Positions 7,272 to 15,832 of a stretch of 24,279 nt of DNA are shown here, in pieces. Below the pieces are notes generated by a model that was not told where the DNA came from, made no database searches, and saw only the letters and a program-made list of their open reading frames with translations. The stretch comes from a virus. Lineage: Duplodnaviria > Caudoviricetes. The position numbers were made by a program, and so were the translations under genes. The stretch spans positions 1-24,279 of the IMG/VR virus record IMGVR_UViG_3300011335_000034. One strand, given 5' to 3'. The first letter of the stretch is position 1. Each line of letters opens with the position of its first letter.

Positions 7272-8149
7272 TGTCGGGTTTTGCCGGCGCTTTGTTTAGT
7301 TCGTTTACTGCTGCTAGTAGCGGGGTTTCTGTTGATTATTTAGTTGTTGGCGGTGGTGGCGGTGGCGGCGGTCATCAAGGAGGCGGCGGCGGTGCAGGGG
7401 GTTTTAGAACCGCAACTGCGTTGTCGCTTTCTCTTTCTACAGCTTACACGGTAACGGTTGGAGCAGGCGGGGCTGGCGGCACATCAGGAGCGCCTGGACA
7501 CGGCACTGTCGGTTCCAATTCGGTATTTACCACTATCACCGCCGCAGGCGGTGGATTTGGCGGCGCTTACGCTTCAGATTCTCCAGGCGGCAATGGCGGT
7601 TCGGGCGGCGGTGCGGGCAATATCAACGGCACAAGCGGCGGCAATACGGGCGGCACTGGAAATACACCATCAACCTCCCCGTCGCAAGGAAATAATGGCG
7701 GTATTGGCGCAACAGGTAATTTTTCATCTGGCGGCGGCGGCGGCGCAAGCGCAACAGGCGGCAGCGCTTCTACGGTTACTGGTGGTAGCGGCGGCGCGGG
7801 TACAAGTTCAAGCATTACAGGTTCAGCGGTTACTTACGCAGGCGGCGGTGGCGGTATCGGACAAACAACTGGCGGCACTGGCGGCGCTGGTGGTGGCGGT
7901 AATGGGTATAGCGGAAATGGTGGAGGGTCAGGAACTGTCGGAACCGTTAATACAGGCGGTGGCGGTGGTGGGTCACGCGACCAAGCTGGAAAACAAGGCG
8001 GTTCCGGCGTAGTTATTATTAAAATACCCAACACAAACACCGCAACATTTTCAGGTGGAGTTACGCAAACCCCAACAACAATTACTGGTTTTAAAATTTA
8101 CACAGTAACAGCTACATCTACGACAAGTGAAACGGTGACATTCACATGA
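7271..8149 (+). CDS. Glycine-rich (polyglycine) domain protein, putative adhesin
   Basis: VDYLVVGGGGGGG, YTVTVGAGGAGG, GGSGGGAG, YAGGGGG, NTGGGGGG and GGSGVVII motifs. Start ATG 7271 via TGATG overlap rather than 7241. Confidence 0.8.
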   Translation: MSGFAGALFSSFTAASSGVSVDYLVVGGGGGGGGHQGGGGGAGGFRTATALSLSLSTAYTVTVGAGGAGGTSGAPGHGTVGSNSVFTTITAAGGGFGGAYASDSPGGNGGSGGGAGNINGTSGGNTGGTGNTPSTSPSQGNNGGIGATGNFSSGGGGGASATGGSASTVTGGSGGAGTSSSITGSAVTYAGGGGGIGQTTGGTGGAGGGGNGYSGNGGGSGTVGTVNTGGGGGGSRDQAGKQGGSGVVIIKIPNTNTATFSGGVTQTPTTITGFKIYTVTATSTTSETVTFT

Positions 8150-8499
8150 GCCATTTTGCAAAACTTGATGAAAACAATGTGGTTATCTTTGTCACGGTGG
8201 GCCGAGACGAGGATGATGAAAACGAATTGACTACCCGCACTGGCGATGTGTACAAACGCACCAGCTACAACACTAGCGGAAATCAGCATCAATTGGGCGG
8301 CACTCCGTTTCGCAAAAACTACGCTGGTATTGGCTACACCTACGATGCCCAGCGCGATGCGTTTATCCCGCCGCAGCCATTTCCAAGCTGGGTGCTAGAT
8401 GAAGAAACTTGTTTGTGGCAGGCTCCTGTGGCAAAGCCAACAGGCGATGCAATGTGGTCATGGGATGAAAACACGTTAAGTTGGTATGAACTTTTTTAG
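8146..8499 (+). CDS. Conserved phage protein, possible fibre assembly/tip partner
   Basis: MSHFAKLDENNVV..TSYN..FRKNYAGIGYTYD..RDAFIPPQPFPSW..W.AP..P..W.WDE; Trp/Pro-rich; ATGA-coupled to the Gly-rich gene. Confidence 0.75.
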   Translation: MSHFAKLDENNVVIFVTVGRDEDDENELTTRTGDVYKRTSYNTSGNQHQLGGTPFRKNYAGIGYTYDAQRDAFIPPQPFPSWVLDEETCLWQAPVAKPTGDAMWSWDENTLSWYELF

Positions 8500-8749
8500 T
8501 GGAGCGTTTTTTAACGGGCAGTTTTTTACTAGCCAAACAGGCAACTTTTTTAACGGGACTTTTTTTAGCGGGGACTTTTTTGGCGGGGCGGTAGGAAATT
8601 TCTTCTATGGATCGTTCTATTCTGGAAGTTTCTTTCTTGACCTGGTAGGCAACTTCTTTTCGGGGGCTTTTTTCGCAGGCGCGTTCTTTTCTGCTATTCT
8701 TCAACTGTTTATTGAAATTCGCTCTTTCACCGAGCGCAGGAGATTTTAG
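8486..8749 (+). CDS. Phe-Phe repeat protein (4 x 18-aa repeats plus a basic tail)
   Basis: Fills the gap exactly, with its stop abutting ATG 8750. Gly and Phe codons vary synonymously in this frame, which supports + strand coding. Confidence 0.7.
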   Translation: MNFFSGAFFNGQFFTSQTGNFFNGTFFSGDFFGGAVGNFFYGSFYSGSFFLDLVGNFFSGAFFAGAFFSAILQLFIEIRSFTERRRF

Positions 8750-9055
8750 ATGTCACTTAATCTTAAGGCTATTACCACCCGCTTGGGCTATCAGCAAATC
8801 ACTTCGCTGAGTGCCGCAACGAGTCTCACCGTTCCAACCACGGACTTGAACGGGTTGAATTGCCGTCCGGCAATTGCTCTCATTACGCCTGAGACTCAGG
8901 CCGTTCGGTGGCGCGATGATGGTGTGGCACCTACTGCATCGGTTGGAATGCCGCTTGCGGCTGGCGTAACGCTTCAGTATGACGGTGACCTAAAAGCCAT
9001 CCAATTTATTGAGCAGTCGGCCAGTTCTAAGCTGAACATTACTTATTACACCTAA
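8750..9055 (+). CDS. Small beta-rich hypothetical virion protein (101 aa)
   Basis: AGGAG SD upstream; GYQQIT..SLTVP..VRWRDDGVAPTASVGMPL pattern; alternating hydrophobic residues suggest a beta-sandwich. Confidence 0.75.
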   Translation: MSLNLKAITTRLGYQQITSLSAATSLTVPTTDLNGLNCRPAIALITPETQAVRWRDDGVAPTASVGMPLAAGVTLQYDGDLKAIQFIEQSASSKLNITYYT

Positions 9056-9067
9056 AGGAGTCACATA

Positions 9068-9565
9068 ATGAACATCCAAGGTGATAGTGGTTCAATGAAC
9101 CATACAAGTCTTATTGACTACATCAAGAATCAATTGCCTAATGAGTTGACCACGCTAGTCAATTTGCAGGCTGAACTGGCACAGCGCCAAGGCGCGATGA
9201 ATGCGGTAGCGGATACGCTTGCTGCCCGTGACGAGGCTAAAGCCGCGCTAGAAACTGCAAAGGCTCAAGCCGACGATATGCTAGCGCAGGCCAAGGACAA
9301 GCTGGCCGCAGCTAAAGCTAAAGCCGCAGCAGCAGATGCCAAGGACGATGAAACGACTAAAGCAGCGGCTGACTTTGCTGCTGCATCTAACGCCAAAAGT
9401 GCGGAACTTGCGGCATGGGAAAAGAAACTAGGCGACAAAGAAACGGACATTGCGTATCGTCAAGATAAACTTACCGTTGCGGAAGCCGCAGTAGTTCAAG
9501 ACCGCGCCGCTTTAGAGGCACGGATTAAAGCATTCCAGGACAAGGTGGCAGCACTTAGTCCTTAA
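9068..9565 (+). CDS. Ala/Lys-rich coiled-coil protein
   Basis: AAGGAG SD; 165 aa of heptad-like A/K/D/E/Q sequence with almost no Pro or Gly. Confidence 0.75.
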   Translation: MNIQGDSGSMNHTSLIDYIKNQLPNELTTLVNLQAELAQRQGAMNAVADTLAARDEAKAALETAKAQADDMLAQAKDKLAAAKAKAAAADAKDDETTKAAADFAAASNAKSAELAAWEKKLGDKETDIAYRQDKLTVAEAAVVQDRAALEARIKAFQDKVAALSP

Positions 9566-9572
9566 AAACGTA

Positions 9573-9603
9573 CTGGTGCGCTCACCAGGGATTCTATGGA
9601 ATC
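9573..9603 (+). promoter_or_regulatory. Tandem small hairpins directly upstream of the scaffold start
   Basis: CTGGTG-CGCT-CACCAG (9573-9588) and GATTC-TATG-GAATC (9590-9603). Confidence 0.5.
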
Positions 9604-9607
9604 AAAA

Positions 9608-10381
9608 ATGTCAGAAGAAAACCTAGCGGTAGTTGACCCCGCGCCGGAACAGGTGGCAACGGCTGCACCTGAGTCTGAAGTTATTGCGCCGGAAGTAGCT
9701 GAAGAACAGCAAGCTAAGACTTTCACACAGGAAGAATTGGACGCTGCAATCGGCAAACGCCTTGCAAGAGAGCAAAGGAAATGGGAACGAGATCAAGCGC
9801 AACGCGCTGCGGAAACGCAGACGTTAAGAGCAGCGCCGACTCAAACTGTTGATCAATTTGAAAGTGCAGAGGCTTACGCCGATGCATTGGCCTATCAAAA
9901 GGCCGAACAGTTGATTGCACAGCGCGAAGCGGCAAAGCAACAGTCGCAAGTTCTTGAAAGCTACCACGAGAAGGAAGAAGAAGCGCGGAACAAATACGAT
10001 GACTTTGAACAAGTTGCGTACAACCCCAAACTTCCAATCACTAACGTGATGGCAGAGGCAATCCAATCCTCGGATATTGGGCCTGAGTTGGCATACCACC
10101 TCGGCACAAACCCCAAGGAAGCGGATCGCATTTCCCGTCTGTCGCCACTCGCCCAGGCTAAAGAGATTGGACGGATTGAAGCCAAATTGGCATCAGACCC
10201 GCCCGTGAAACGTACATCGTCAGCGCCAGCACCTATTTCGCCTGTCTCTGCCCGATCCACTGGATCACCGGCCTATGACACTACGGATCCACGGTCTATC
10301 AAGACCATGACTGATTCGCAGTGGATTGAAGCTGAAAGGGCACGGCAGATGAAGAAGTGGCAAGCGCAGGCTAACCGCTAA
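9608..10381 (+). CDS. Capsid scaffolding protein
   Basis: Acidic Pro/Glu/Ala N-terminus, KTFTQEELD..IGKRLARE helix, GPELAYHLG.NP, SAPAPI linker and basic C-terminal helix; directly before coat. Start may be 9596 or 9608. Confidence 0.85.
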   Translation: MSEENLAVVDPAPEQVATAAPESEVIAPEVAEEQQAKTFTQEELDAAIGKRLAREQRKWERDQAQRAAETQTLRAAPTQTVDQFESAEAYADALAYQKAEQLIAQREAAKQQSQVLESYHEKEEEARNKYDDFEQVAYNPKLPITNVMAEAIQSSDIGPELAYHLGTNPKEADRISRLSPLAQAKEIGRIEAKLASDPPVKRTSSAPAPISPVSARSTGSPAYDTTDPRSIKTMTDSQWIEAERARQMKKWQAQANR

Positions 10382-10403
10382 TTATTTTTTAAGGACTTTT
10401 TTC

Positions 10404-11612
10404 ATGGCTAATAGCATCCTAACCATTGACATGATTACCCGAAAGGCTCTCGAAATCCTCGAGAACAATCTGGTACTCACCCGTAACGTTAACCGTCAGT
10501 ACGACGACAGCTTTGCTGTTGAAGGTGCGAAGATCGGTTCCACCCTGCGTATTCGTCTGCCTGACCGCGCTTTGGTCACCGACGGCGCTGCCCTGCAAGT
10601 GCAAGATGACAACGAGCAGTTCACTACTCTGTCCGTTAGCACCCAAAAGCACATCGGCGTGAACTTTACGTCTGCTGAGTTGACCATGCAATTGGATGAC
10701 TTTGCTGACCGTGTTCTCAAGCCGCGTATTAGCCAGTTGGCATCGTCTATCGACGCTGACGTTGCTAATGCGTACAAAACCATTGGTAACAGCGTTGGTA
10801 GCCCTGGCACCACCCCGTCCACTTCTTTGGTGCTGTTGCAAGCCCAGCAGAAGCTGAACGAGAACGCTGCTGTTATGTCGCCACGCTACGCAACGGTTAA
10901 CCCTGCTGCTAATGCTGGTCTAGTTGAAGGCATGAAAGGTCTTTTCAATCCTACCGATACGGTGTCTAAGCAATTTCGTAACGGCATGATGGGCACTGGC
11001 GTGTTGGGCTTTGAAGAAGTCAATATGTCTCAGTCTATCAAGCAACACACTACCGGTTCGCGCGATGCGACTGCCGCTACCATTGTTGCCGCTTCGGTGA
11101 CTTCGGAAGGTTCTTCAACCATTAGCTTGTCGCAAGCCTCCGTGACCACTACCATCAAGGCTGGTGACGTGTTTACTTGCGGTAGCGTTTTTGCTGTAAA
11201 CCCACAAACCCGTGAAACCACTGGTTCGTTGTTCCAGTTTGTGGCTCTGGCTGATGCAACCGCTGTTGCTGGCACTTGGACTGTGACTGTGGCTCCCATG
11301 TACTCCGCTTCTCACGCATTGGCGACCATGACTGCCTTGCCGCTAATCAATGCTGTTGTGACTTTCTTGGGTACCGCTTCTACTGCTTACGCACAGAATT
11401 TGGTCTACCACAAGGACGCAATCACCTTTTGTACGGCTGATCTTTTGCTGCCATCTGGGGTCGATATGGCTGCTCGCGCAGTGCATAACGGAATCAGTTT
11501 GCGTATCGTCCGTCAGTATGATGTGAATAACGATAGATTGCCTTGCCGTATTGACGTACTGTATGGCTTCAGCACCATTCGTCCACAGATGGCTTGCCGC
11601 ATCTGGGGCTAA
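10404..11612 (+). CDS. Major capsid protein, P22 coat (gp5) family
   Basis: MANSILT..ITRKAL.ILENNL, KIGSTLRIRLP, NLVYHKDAITF and CRIDVLYG..IRP; 402 aa; TAAGGA SD. Confidence 0.95.
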   Translation: MANSILTIDMITRKALEILENNLVLTRNVNRQYDDSFAVEGAKIGSTLRIRLPDRALVTDGAALQVQDDNEQFTTLSVSTQKHIGVNFTSAELTMQLDDFADRVLKPRISQLASSIDADVANAYKTIGNSVGSPGTTPSTSLVLLQAQQKLNENAAVMSPRYATVNPAANAGLVEGMKGLFNPTDTVSKQFRNGMMGTGVLGFEEVNMSQSIKQHTTGSRDATAATIVAASVTSEGSSTISLSQASVTTTIKAGDVFTCGSVFAVNPQTRETTGSLFQFVALADATAVAGTWTVTVAPMYSASHALATMTALPLINAVVTFLGTASTAYAQNLVYHKDAITFCTADLLLPSGVDMAARAVHNGISLRIVRQYDVNNDRLPCRIDVLYGFSTIRPQMACRIWG

Positions 11613-11638
11613 TCAATTCTTTTTGAAGGAAAATTATC

Positions 11639-12064
11639 ATGGCTACTCTACCCAATGGCGCAGGCGGTTACCAAGTTGGTGACGGCAATCTGACTGAAGT
11701 TCAACTTCGCACTCAAGCTACCCCAGCAACGGCAACTGTTACGGCAACGCTGACAACTGCTCAAATTCTGAACGGTATTCTTTTGGGCACTCCCACTACG
11801 ACCGCAGCAGCTTACACGCTGCCTTTGGCTACTGATTTGGACGCAGCCGTGTCTAGCGCCAAAGTCAATAGCAGCTTTGATTTCACGGTGGTCAATACCA
11901 ACGGTTCCGGTTCTGGCGTGATTACCATCACGACCAACACCGGCTGGACGATTGGTTCGTCGGGCACTCAAGGCTTGATGACCGTCACCACCGCTGGTAC
12001 TGCTCAAATGTATCGCGCGGTAAAAACTGGCGACGGCGCTTGGTCTTTGTACCGTATTGCCTAA
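11639..12064 (+). CDS. Probable capsid decoration/cement protein
   Basis: Strong GAAGGA SD; immediately after coat and before the first terminator; Thr-rich beta protein of 141 aa. Confidence 0.6.
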   Translation: MATLPNGAGGYQVGDGNLTEVQLRTQATPATATVTATLTTAQILNGILLGTPTTTAAAYTLPLATDLDAAVSSAKVNSSFDFTVVNTNGSGSGVITITTNTGWTIGSSGTQGLMTVTTAGTAQMYRAVKTGDGAWSLYRIA

Positions 12065-12068
12065 ACCT

Positions 12069-12094
12069 AACGGGGGCTTCGGCCCCTGTTTTTT
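12069..12094 (+). terminator. Rho-independent terminator
   Basis: AACGGGGGC-TTCG-GCCCCTGTT followed by TTTT; cUUCGg tetraloop. Confidence 0.85.
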
Positions 12095-12106
12095 AAGGAA
12101 ACAATC

Positions 12107-12523
12107 ATGCCAAATACCCAAGCAGTAGGTGTCGCGTACAGCGACCCCGAATTTACTACCTGCTACGCAAGCCAAGAACTTGGCTATTCTTCAGCAGCAC
12201 AAGGTACTGTGACGCAAGCCACTAGCAAATCAACTGGTGTGACTTTAAACAAGTCTGCTGGCCGTATTACGATGCACGACGCAGCGTTGGCCGGAGCCAC
12301 CGCAGTGTCTTTCACTTTGACCAACAGCACGATTTCCACCAATGACACAATCATTGTGTGCGTATCTAGCAATACAACTGGTAGCGCGGCTGGTGCTTAC
12401 ACCACTTACGTTTCGTATTTGGCTGCTGGCTCTGCCTTGATCACGTTGCGGAACTTGACTGCGGCTACTTCATATTCTGAAGCTGTCATCATCAATTTCT
12501 CAATCATCCACGGCGCAAGCTAA
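12107..12523 (+). CDS. Virion structural protein (possible head decoration/spike), paralogous to the C-terminal domain of 15833-17470
   Basis: TAAGGA SD; LGY..GTVTQATSKSTGVTLNK..SFTLTNST motif. Confidence 0.7.
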   Translation: MPNTQAVGVAYSDPEFTTCYASQELGYSSAAQGTVTQATSKSTGVTLNKSAGRITMHDAALAGATAVSFTLTNSTISTNDTIIVCVSSNTTGSAAGAYTTYVSYLAAGSALITLRNLTAATSYSEAVIINFSIIHGAS

Positions 12524-12551
12524 AAAGGAGGGGGCCACAAGCCCCCTTTCT
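12524..12551 (+). terminator. Probable Rho-independent terminator
   Basis: AGGGGGC-CACAA-GCCCCCT followed by TTCT; the U-tract is short. Confidence 0.6.
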
Positions 12552-12556
12552 AACCT

Positions 12557-12742
12557 ATGGTCATATACCTAAAGCATCCTATCCACGGCAGAAAAGTTGC
12601 CACAATGGAACTTGAAGCAGAAGCCGATGAAGCAAACGGCTGGGTGCGATATACTGAGGATACGCCTGACTTTGAATTGGCGGCTCCTGTAAACGTCCTG
12701 GAAGTAAAGCGACGTAGAAAAGTGGAACTAGAAGGAGTCTAG
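12557..12742 (+). CDS. Small hypothetical protein (61 aa)
   Basis: YLKHPIHGRKVA..E..ADEANGW with basic tail KRRRK; fills the gap before the adaptor gene. Confidence 0.7.
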   Translation: MVIYLKHPIHGRKVATMELEAEADEANGWVRYTEDTPDFELAAPVNVLEVKRRRKVELEGV

Positions 12743-12744
12743 CT

Positions 12745-13461
12745 ATGACAACGTATACAGCGGGTGACCAGATCAATCGGGCGCTGCGACTGCTTGGCGT
12801 TTTAGCTGAAGGCGAGACTCCATCTGCGTCAGTGTCGCAAGACGCGCTGACCGCAATGAATCAAATGATTGATTCGTGGAACACTGAACGATTGTCGGTG
12901 TTTAGCACTCAAGATCAAATGTATACCTGGCCTGCCGGTTTCATCAACCGCACACTTGGCCCGACGGGTGACTTTGTGGGCAACCGGCCTATTTTGCTGG
13001 ATGACGCAACCTACTACCGCGACCCAGGCACAAACGTCAGTTTTGGCATCAAAGCAATCAACCAGCAGCAATACGATGGTATTGCCGTAAAGACGGTGAC
13101 ATCCACCTATCCGCAGGTGATATTTGTCAACATGACATATCCCAACATTGATATGTACATTTATCCCAAGCCCACGCGGGATTTGGAATGGCATTTTATT
13201 AGCGTTGAAGAACTTACCCAGCCGGCCAATTTGGCAACTGTGCTGGCTTTCCCGCCAGGCTATCTGCGGGCGTTCACTTACAACTTGGCAATGGAATTCG
13301 CGCCTGAGTTTGGCGTTGAGCCAAGCCCACAAGTGACCCGCATTGCTATGACCAGTAAGCGCAATCTAAAACGCATCAACAACCCAGATGATGTAATGTC
13401 AATGCCTTACGCTATTGTCGCCACCCGTCAACGGTTTAACATTTACGCAGGAAATTACTAA
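12745..13461 (+). CDS. Head-to-tail adaptor, P22 gp4-like
   Basis: TAGDQINRALRLLGV..DAL..MNQMIDSW resembles the P22 gp4 N-terminus; YNLAMEFAPEFGVEP near the C-terminus; AAGGAG SD. Confidence 0.85.
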   Translation: MTTYTAGDQINRALRLLGVLAEGETPSASVSQDALTAMNQMIDSWNTERLSVFSTQDQMYTWPAGFINRTLGPTGDFVGNRPILLDDATYYRDPGTNVSFGIKAINQQQYDGIAVKTVTSTYPQVIFVNMTYPNIDMYIYPKPTRDLEWHFISVEELTQPANLATVLAFPPGYLRAFTYNLAMEFAPEFGVEPSPQVTRIAMTSKRNLKRINNPDDVMSMPYAIVATRQRFNIYAGNY

Positions 13462-13462
13462 T

Positions 13463-14185
13463 ATGGCCACCATTGCAATATCAGCTTTACCGGCAGCTAC
13501 TGCTGCGGCTACAACCGACGTTTTGCCTATTGTCCAAGGGGGCACGACAAAACAAGTAACTAATGCACTATTGTTCACCAATTCAACATTGGTAGCACCT
13601 GCTTTAGGAACTGTTGCTAGTGGCAACATCAGTGCTTGCACTAGCACCAGTATGGTAATGGTAACGCCAGTGTTAGGAACGCCAACAAGTGGCACTTTGA
13701 CCAACTGCACAGGGTTGCCTATTGCAACTGGCGTAAGCGGATTGGGAACAGGCGTAGCTACATTTTTGGCTGCACCGACTAGCGCCAATTTAAGCGCTGC
13801 GGTTACGAGCGACACAGGCACTGGGTCATTAGTTTTTTCTAATGCGCCAACTTTGGTGACCCCCATTCTTGGCTCGGCTACAGGCACCAGCCTTTCATTG
13901 AGTGGTTTTAATGCCGTAAGCGCGGCGGCACCAACAATTGCAAGCGCAACAACCATTGCGCCAACAACCCCAATTGTTTTTGTTTCTGGGACAACAGCGG
14001 TTGTGACTATCACCGCAGCAGCGCCAATTTCTACCGGCGGCGGTACGATTACATTAATTCCAACGGGCGCATTTACTTGGACAACAGCGGGCAATATCGC
14101 CGTGGCTGGTACAGCGGTGGTTAGTAGGGCATTGACAATGACTTACGATGTTACGACCACCAAGTGGTATCCAAGTTACGTCTAG
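13463..14185 (+). CDS. Short fibre-like protein
   Basis: N-terminal ISALPAAT..DVLPIVQGGTTKQVT module, LGTPTSGTLTNCTGLP and GTGSLVFSNAPTLVTP fibre repeats. ATG 13463 lies 1 nt after the upstream stop. Confidence 0.75.
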   Translation: MATIAISALPAATAAATTDVLPIVQGGTTKQVTNALLFTNSTLVAPALGTVASGNISACTSTSMVMVTPVLGTPTSGTLTNCTGLPIATGVSGLGTGVATFLAAPTSANLSAAVTSDTGTGSLVFSNAPTLVTPILGSATGTSLSLSGFNAVSAAAPTIASATTIAPTTPIVFVSGTTAVVTITAAAPISTGGGTITLIPTGAFTWTTAGNIAVAGTAVVSRALTMTYDVTTTKWYPSYV

Positions 14186-14186
14186 T

Positions 14187-15830
14187 ATGCAAACACCAAT
14201 ACTCGGCGCGTCCTATGTCGCCCGCAGTATCAATGCTGCGGACAACCGAATGGTCAACCTGTTTCCGGAGATGACACCGGACAACGGACAGACCGCCGCT
14301 TTCCTCAACCGCGCCCCTGGCCTCAATTTCCTGCAATCAGTAGGTACAGGCCCAATCCGCGCTTTGTGGGCGCATCAGACTAACGGCAGCGACTTCTATG
14401 TCGTGTCAGGGAATGAAGTCTACAAGCTGACCGGATTGACGGCCACACCGACATTGTTGGGCACGGTGTCGGGTACAGGCTCGGTGTCCATTGCGGACAA
14501 CGGAACGCAAATTTTCTTTGCTTGCAACCCTGACGGGTACATCTACAACGAAACCACCAACGTGTTTGCTCAGATCACAGACCCAGATTTTGCTGGCGCT
14601 GTGACGGTGGCCTACCTTGACGGATATTTTGTCTTCAACCAGCCCAACAGCCAGATCATCTGGGTTACACAGTTGCTTGATGGCACATCTGTTGACCCGC
14701 TAGACTTTGCGTCTGCTGAAGGCTCCCCCGATGGTGTAGTGGGTCTTATATCCGACCACCGCGAACTGTGGGTGTTTGGCACTGACTCAGTAGAAGTTTG
14801 GTACGACTCTGGCGCTACTGACTTTCCATTGCAGCGCATCCAAGGCGCGTTCAATGAAATTGGTTGTGTTTCTGCATACACCATTGCCAAGATGGACAAC
14901 GGCCTGTTTTGGTTAGGCACAGACGCTCGCGGCCAAGGCATTGTCTACCGCGCAAACGGCTACACCGGCCAGCGCATCTCAACCCATGCTATTGAGTACG
15001 CAATTGCCCAATACGGCAACATTTCGGACGCTATTGCGTACACCTACCAACAAGAAGGCCACGCTTTCTATGTGCTGACATTCCCATCGGGTAATGCCAC
15101 TTGGGTGTACGACGTAGCAACTCAAGCCTGGCACGAACGAGCCGGATGGGACGCTGGCGAGTTTATGCGGCACCGCAGCAATTGCCAGTGCAACTTTGGC
15201 GGCAACATCATTGTCGGTGACTTTGAAAACGGCAACATCTACACATTTGACCTTGACGTATACGCCGACAACGGAGGCATCCAAAAGTGGCTGCGTTCAT
15301 GGCGGGCGCTGCCGTCGGGGCAGAACAACCTAAAACGCACCGCGCATCACAGTCTGCAATTGAATGTTGAGTCCGGCGTTGGGCTAAATTTATACCCAGA
15401 GTATGAAAGTGAAAATATTGACACTGAGTCAGGATTAGACCTTGTGGCTGAATATGTACAAACGTATTTGGCTACTCAATCAGGCGACATTCTAACTACC
15501 GAAACAGGGGATGGTTTTGAGCCTTTGGGTCAATACGAACTATCGGATACGGATATTAGCGGGTACAACTTAGTGACCACAGCCTATCCCGCCGCACCAG
15601 GCTACGATCCTCAAGCCATGTTGCGTTGGTCAGATGACGGCGGCCACACTTGGAGCAACGAATATTGGTCATCAATGGGTAAGATTGGCGAGTATTACAA
15701 ACGTGTCTTTTGGCGGCGGCTAGGCATGACGCTTAAGCTGCGCGATAGGGTTTACGAGGTGTCCGGCACCGATCCGGTAAAAGTTGCCATCATGGGCGCG
15801 GAATTGATACTTAGCCCGACAAATGCCTAA
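14187..15830 (+). CDS. Tail hub / DNA stabilization protein, P22 gp10-like
   Basis: VNLFPE, FASAEGSPD, WVFGTDSVEVW, HAFYVLTFP..TWVYD..WHER and LRWSDDGGHTWSNE..G.IGEY..RV.WRRLG; beta-propeller pattern. Start ATG 14187. Confidence 0.9.
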   Translation: MQTPILGASYVARSINAADNRMVNLFPEMTPDNGQTAAFLNRAPGLNFLQSVGTGPIRALWAHQTNGSDFYVVSGNEVYKLTGLTATPTLLGTVSGTGSVSIADNGTQIFFACNPDGYIYNETTNVFAQITDPDFAGAVTVAYLDGYFVFNQPNSQIIWVTQLLDGTSVDPLDFASAEGSPDGVVGLISDHRELWVFGTDSVEVWYDSGATDFPLQRIQGAFNEIGCVSAYTIAKMDNGLFWLGTDARGQGIVYRANGYTGQRISTHAIEYAIAQYGNISDAIAYTYQQEGHAFYVLTFPSGNATWVYDVATQAWHERAGWDAGEFMRHRSNCQCNFGGNIIVGDFENGNIYTFDLDVYADNGGIQKWLRSWRALPSGQNNLKRTAHHSLQLNVESGVGLNLYPEYESENIDTESGLDLVAEYVQTYLATQSGDILTTETGDGFEPLGQYELSDTDISGYNLVTTAYPAAPGYDPQAMLRWSDDGGHTWSNEYWSSMGKIGEYYKRVFWRRLGMTLKLRDRVYEVSGTDPVKVAIMGAELILSPTNA

Positions 15831-15832
15831 CT

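Noticed and set aside
7340-8010. GGC/GGT runs as a tandem DNA repeat, G-quadruplex array or CRISPR
   Set aside because: Fully explained by polyglycine coding with variable third positions; no repeat-spacer structure.
7458-8012. 184-aa Ala/Val-rich alternative-frame ORF inside the Gly-rich gene
   Set aside because: Frame-shifted shadow of GGC/GGT codons (GCG/GTG); no independent initiation evidence.
8363-8704. Minus-strand ORF resembling a histone-H1-like protein (PAKKVPAKKSPVKK)
   Set aside because: It is the antisense shadow of the FF repeats. TTC codons keep Phe on + but break Lys on -. It has a TTG start with no SD and opposes a tightly coupled + operon.
11610-11641. Coat-protein readthrough or frameshift fusion to the next gene
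   Set aside because: The next gene is out of frame, has its own strong SD, and no convincing slippery site precedes the coat stop.
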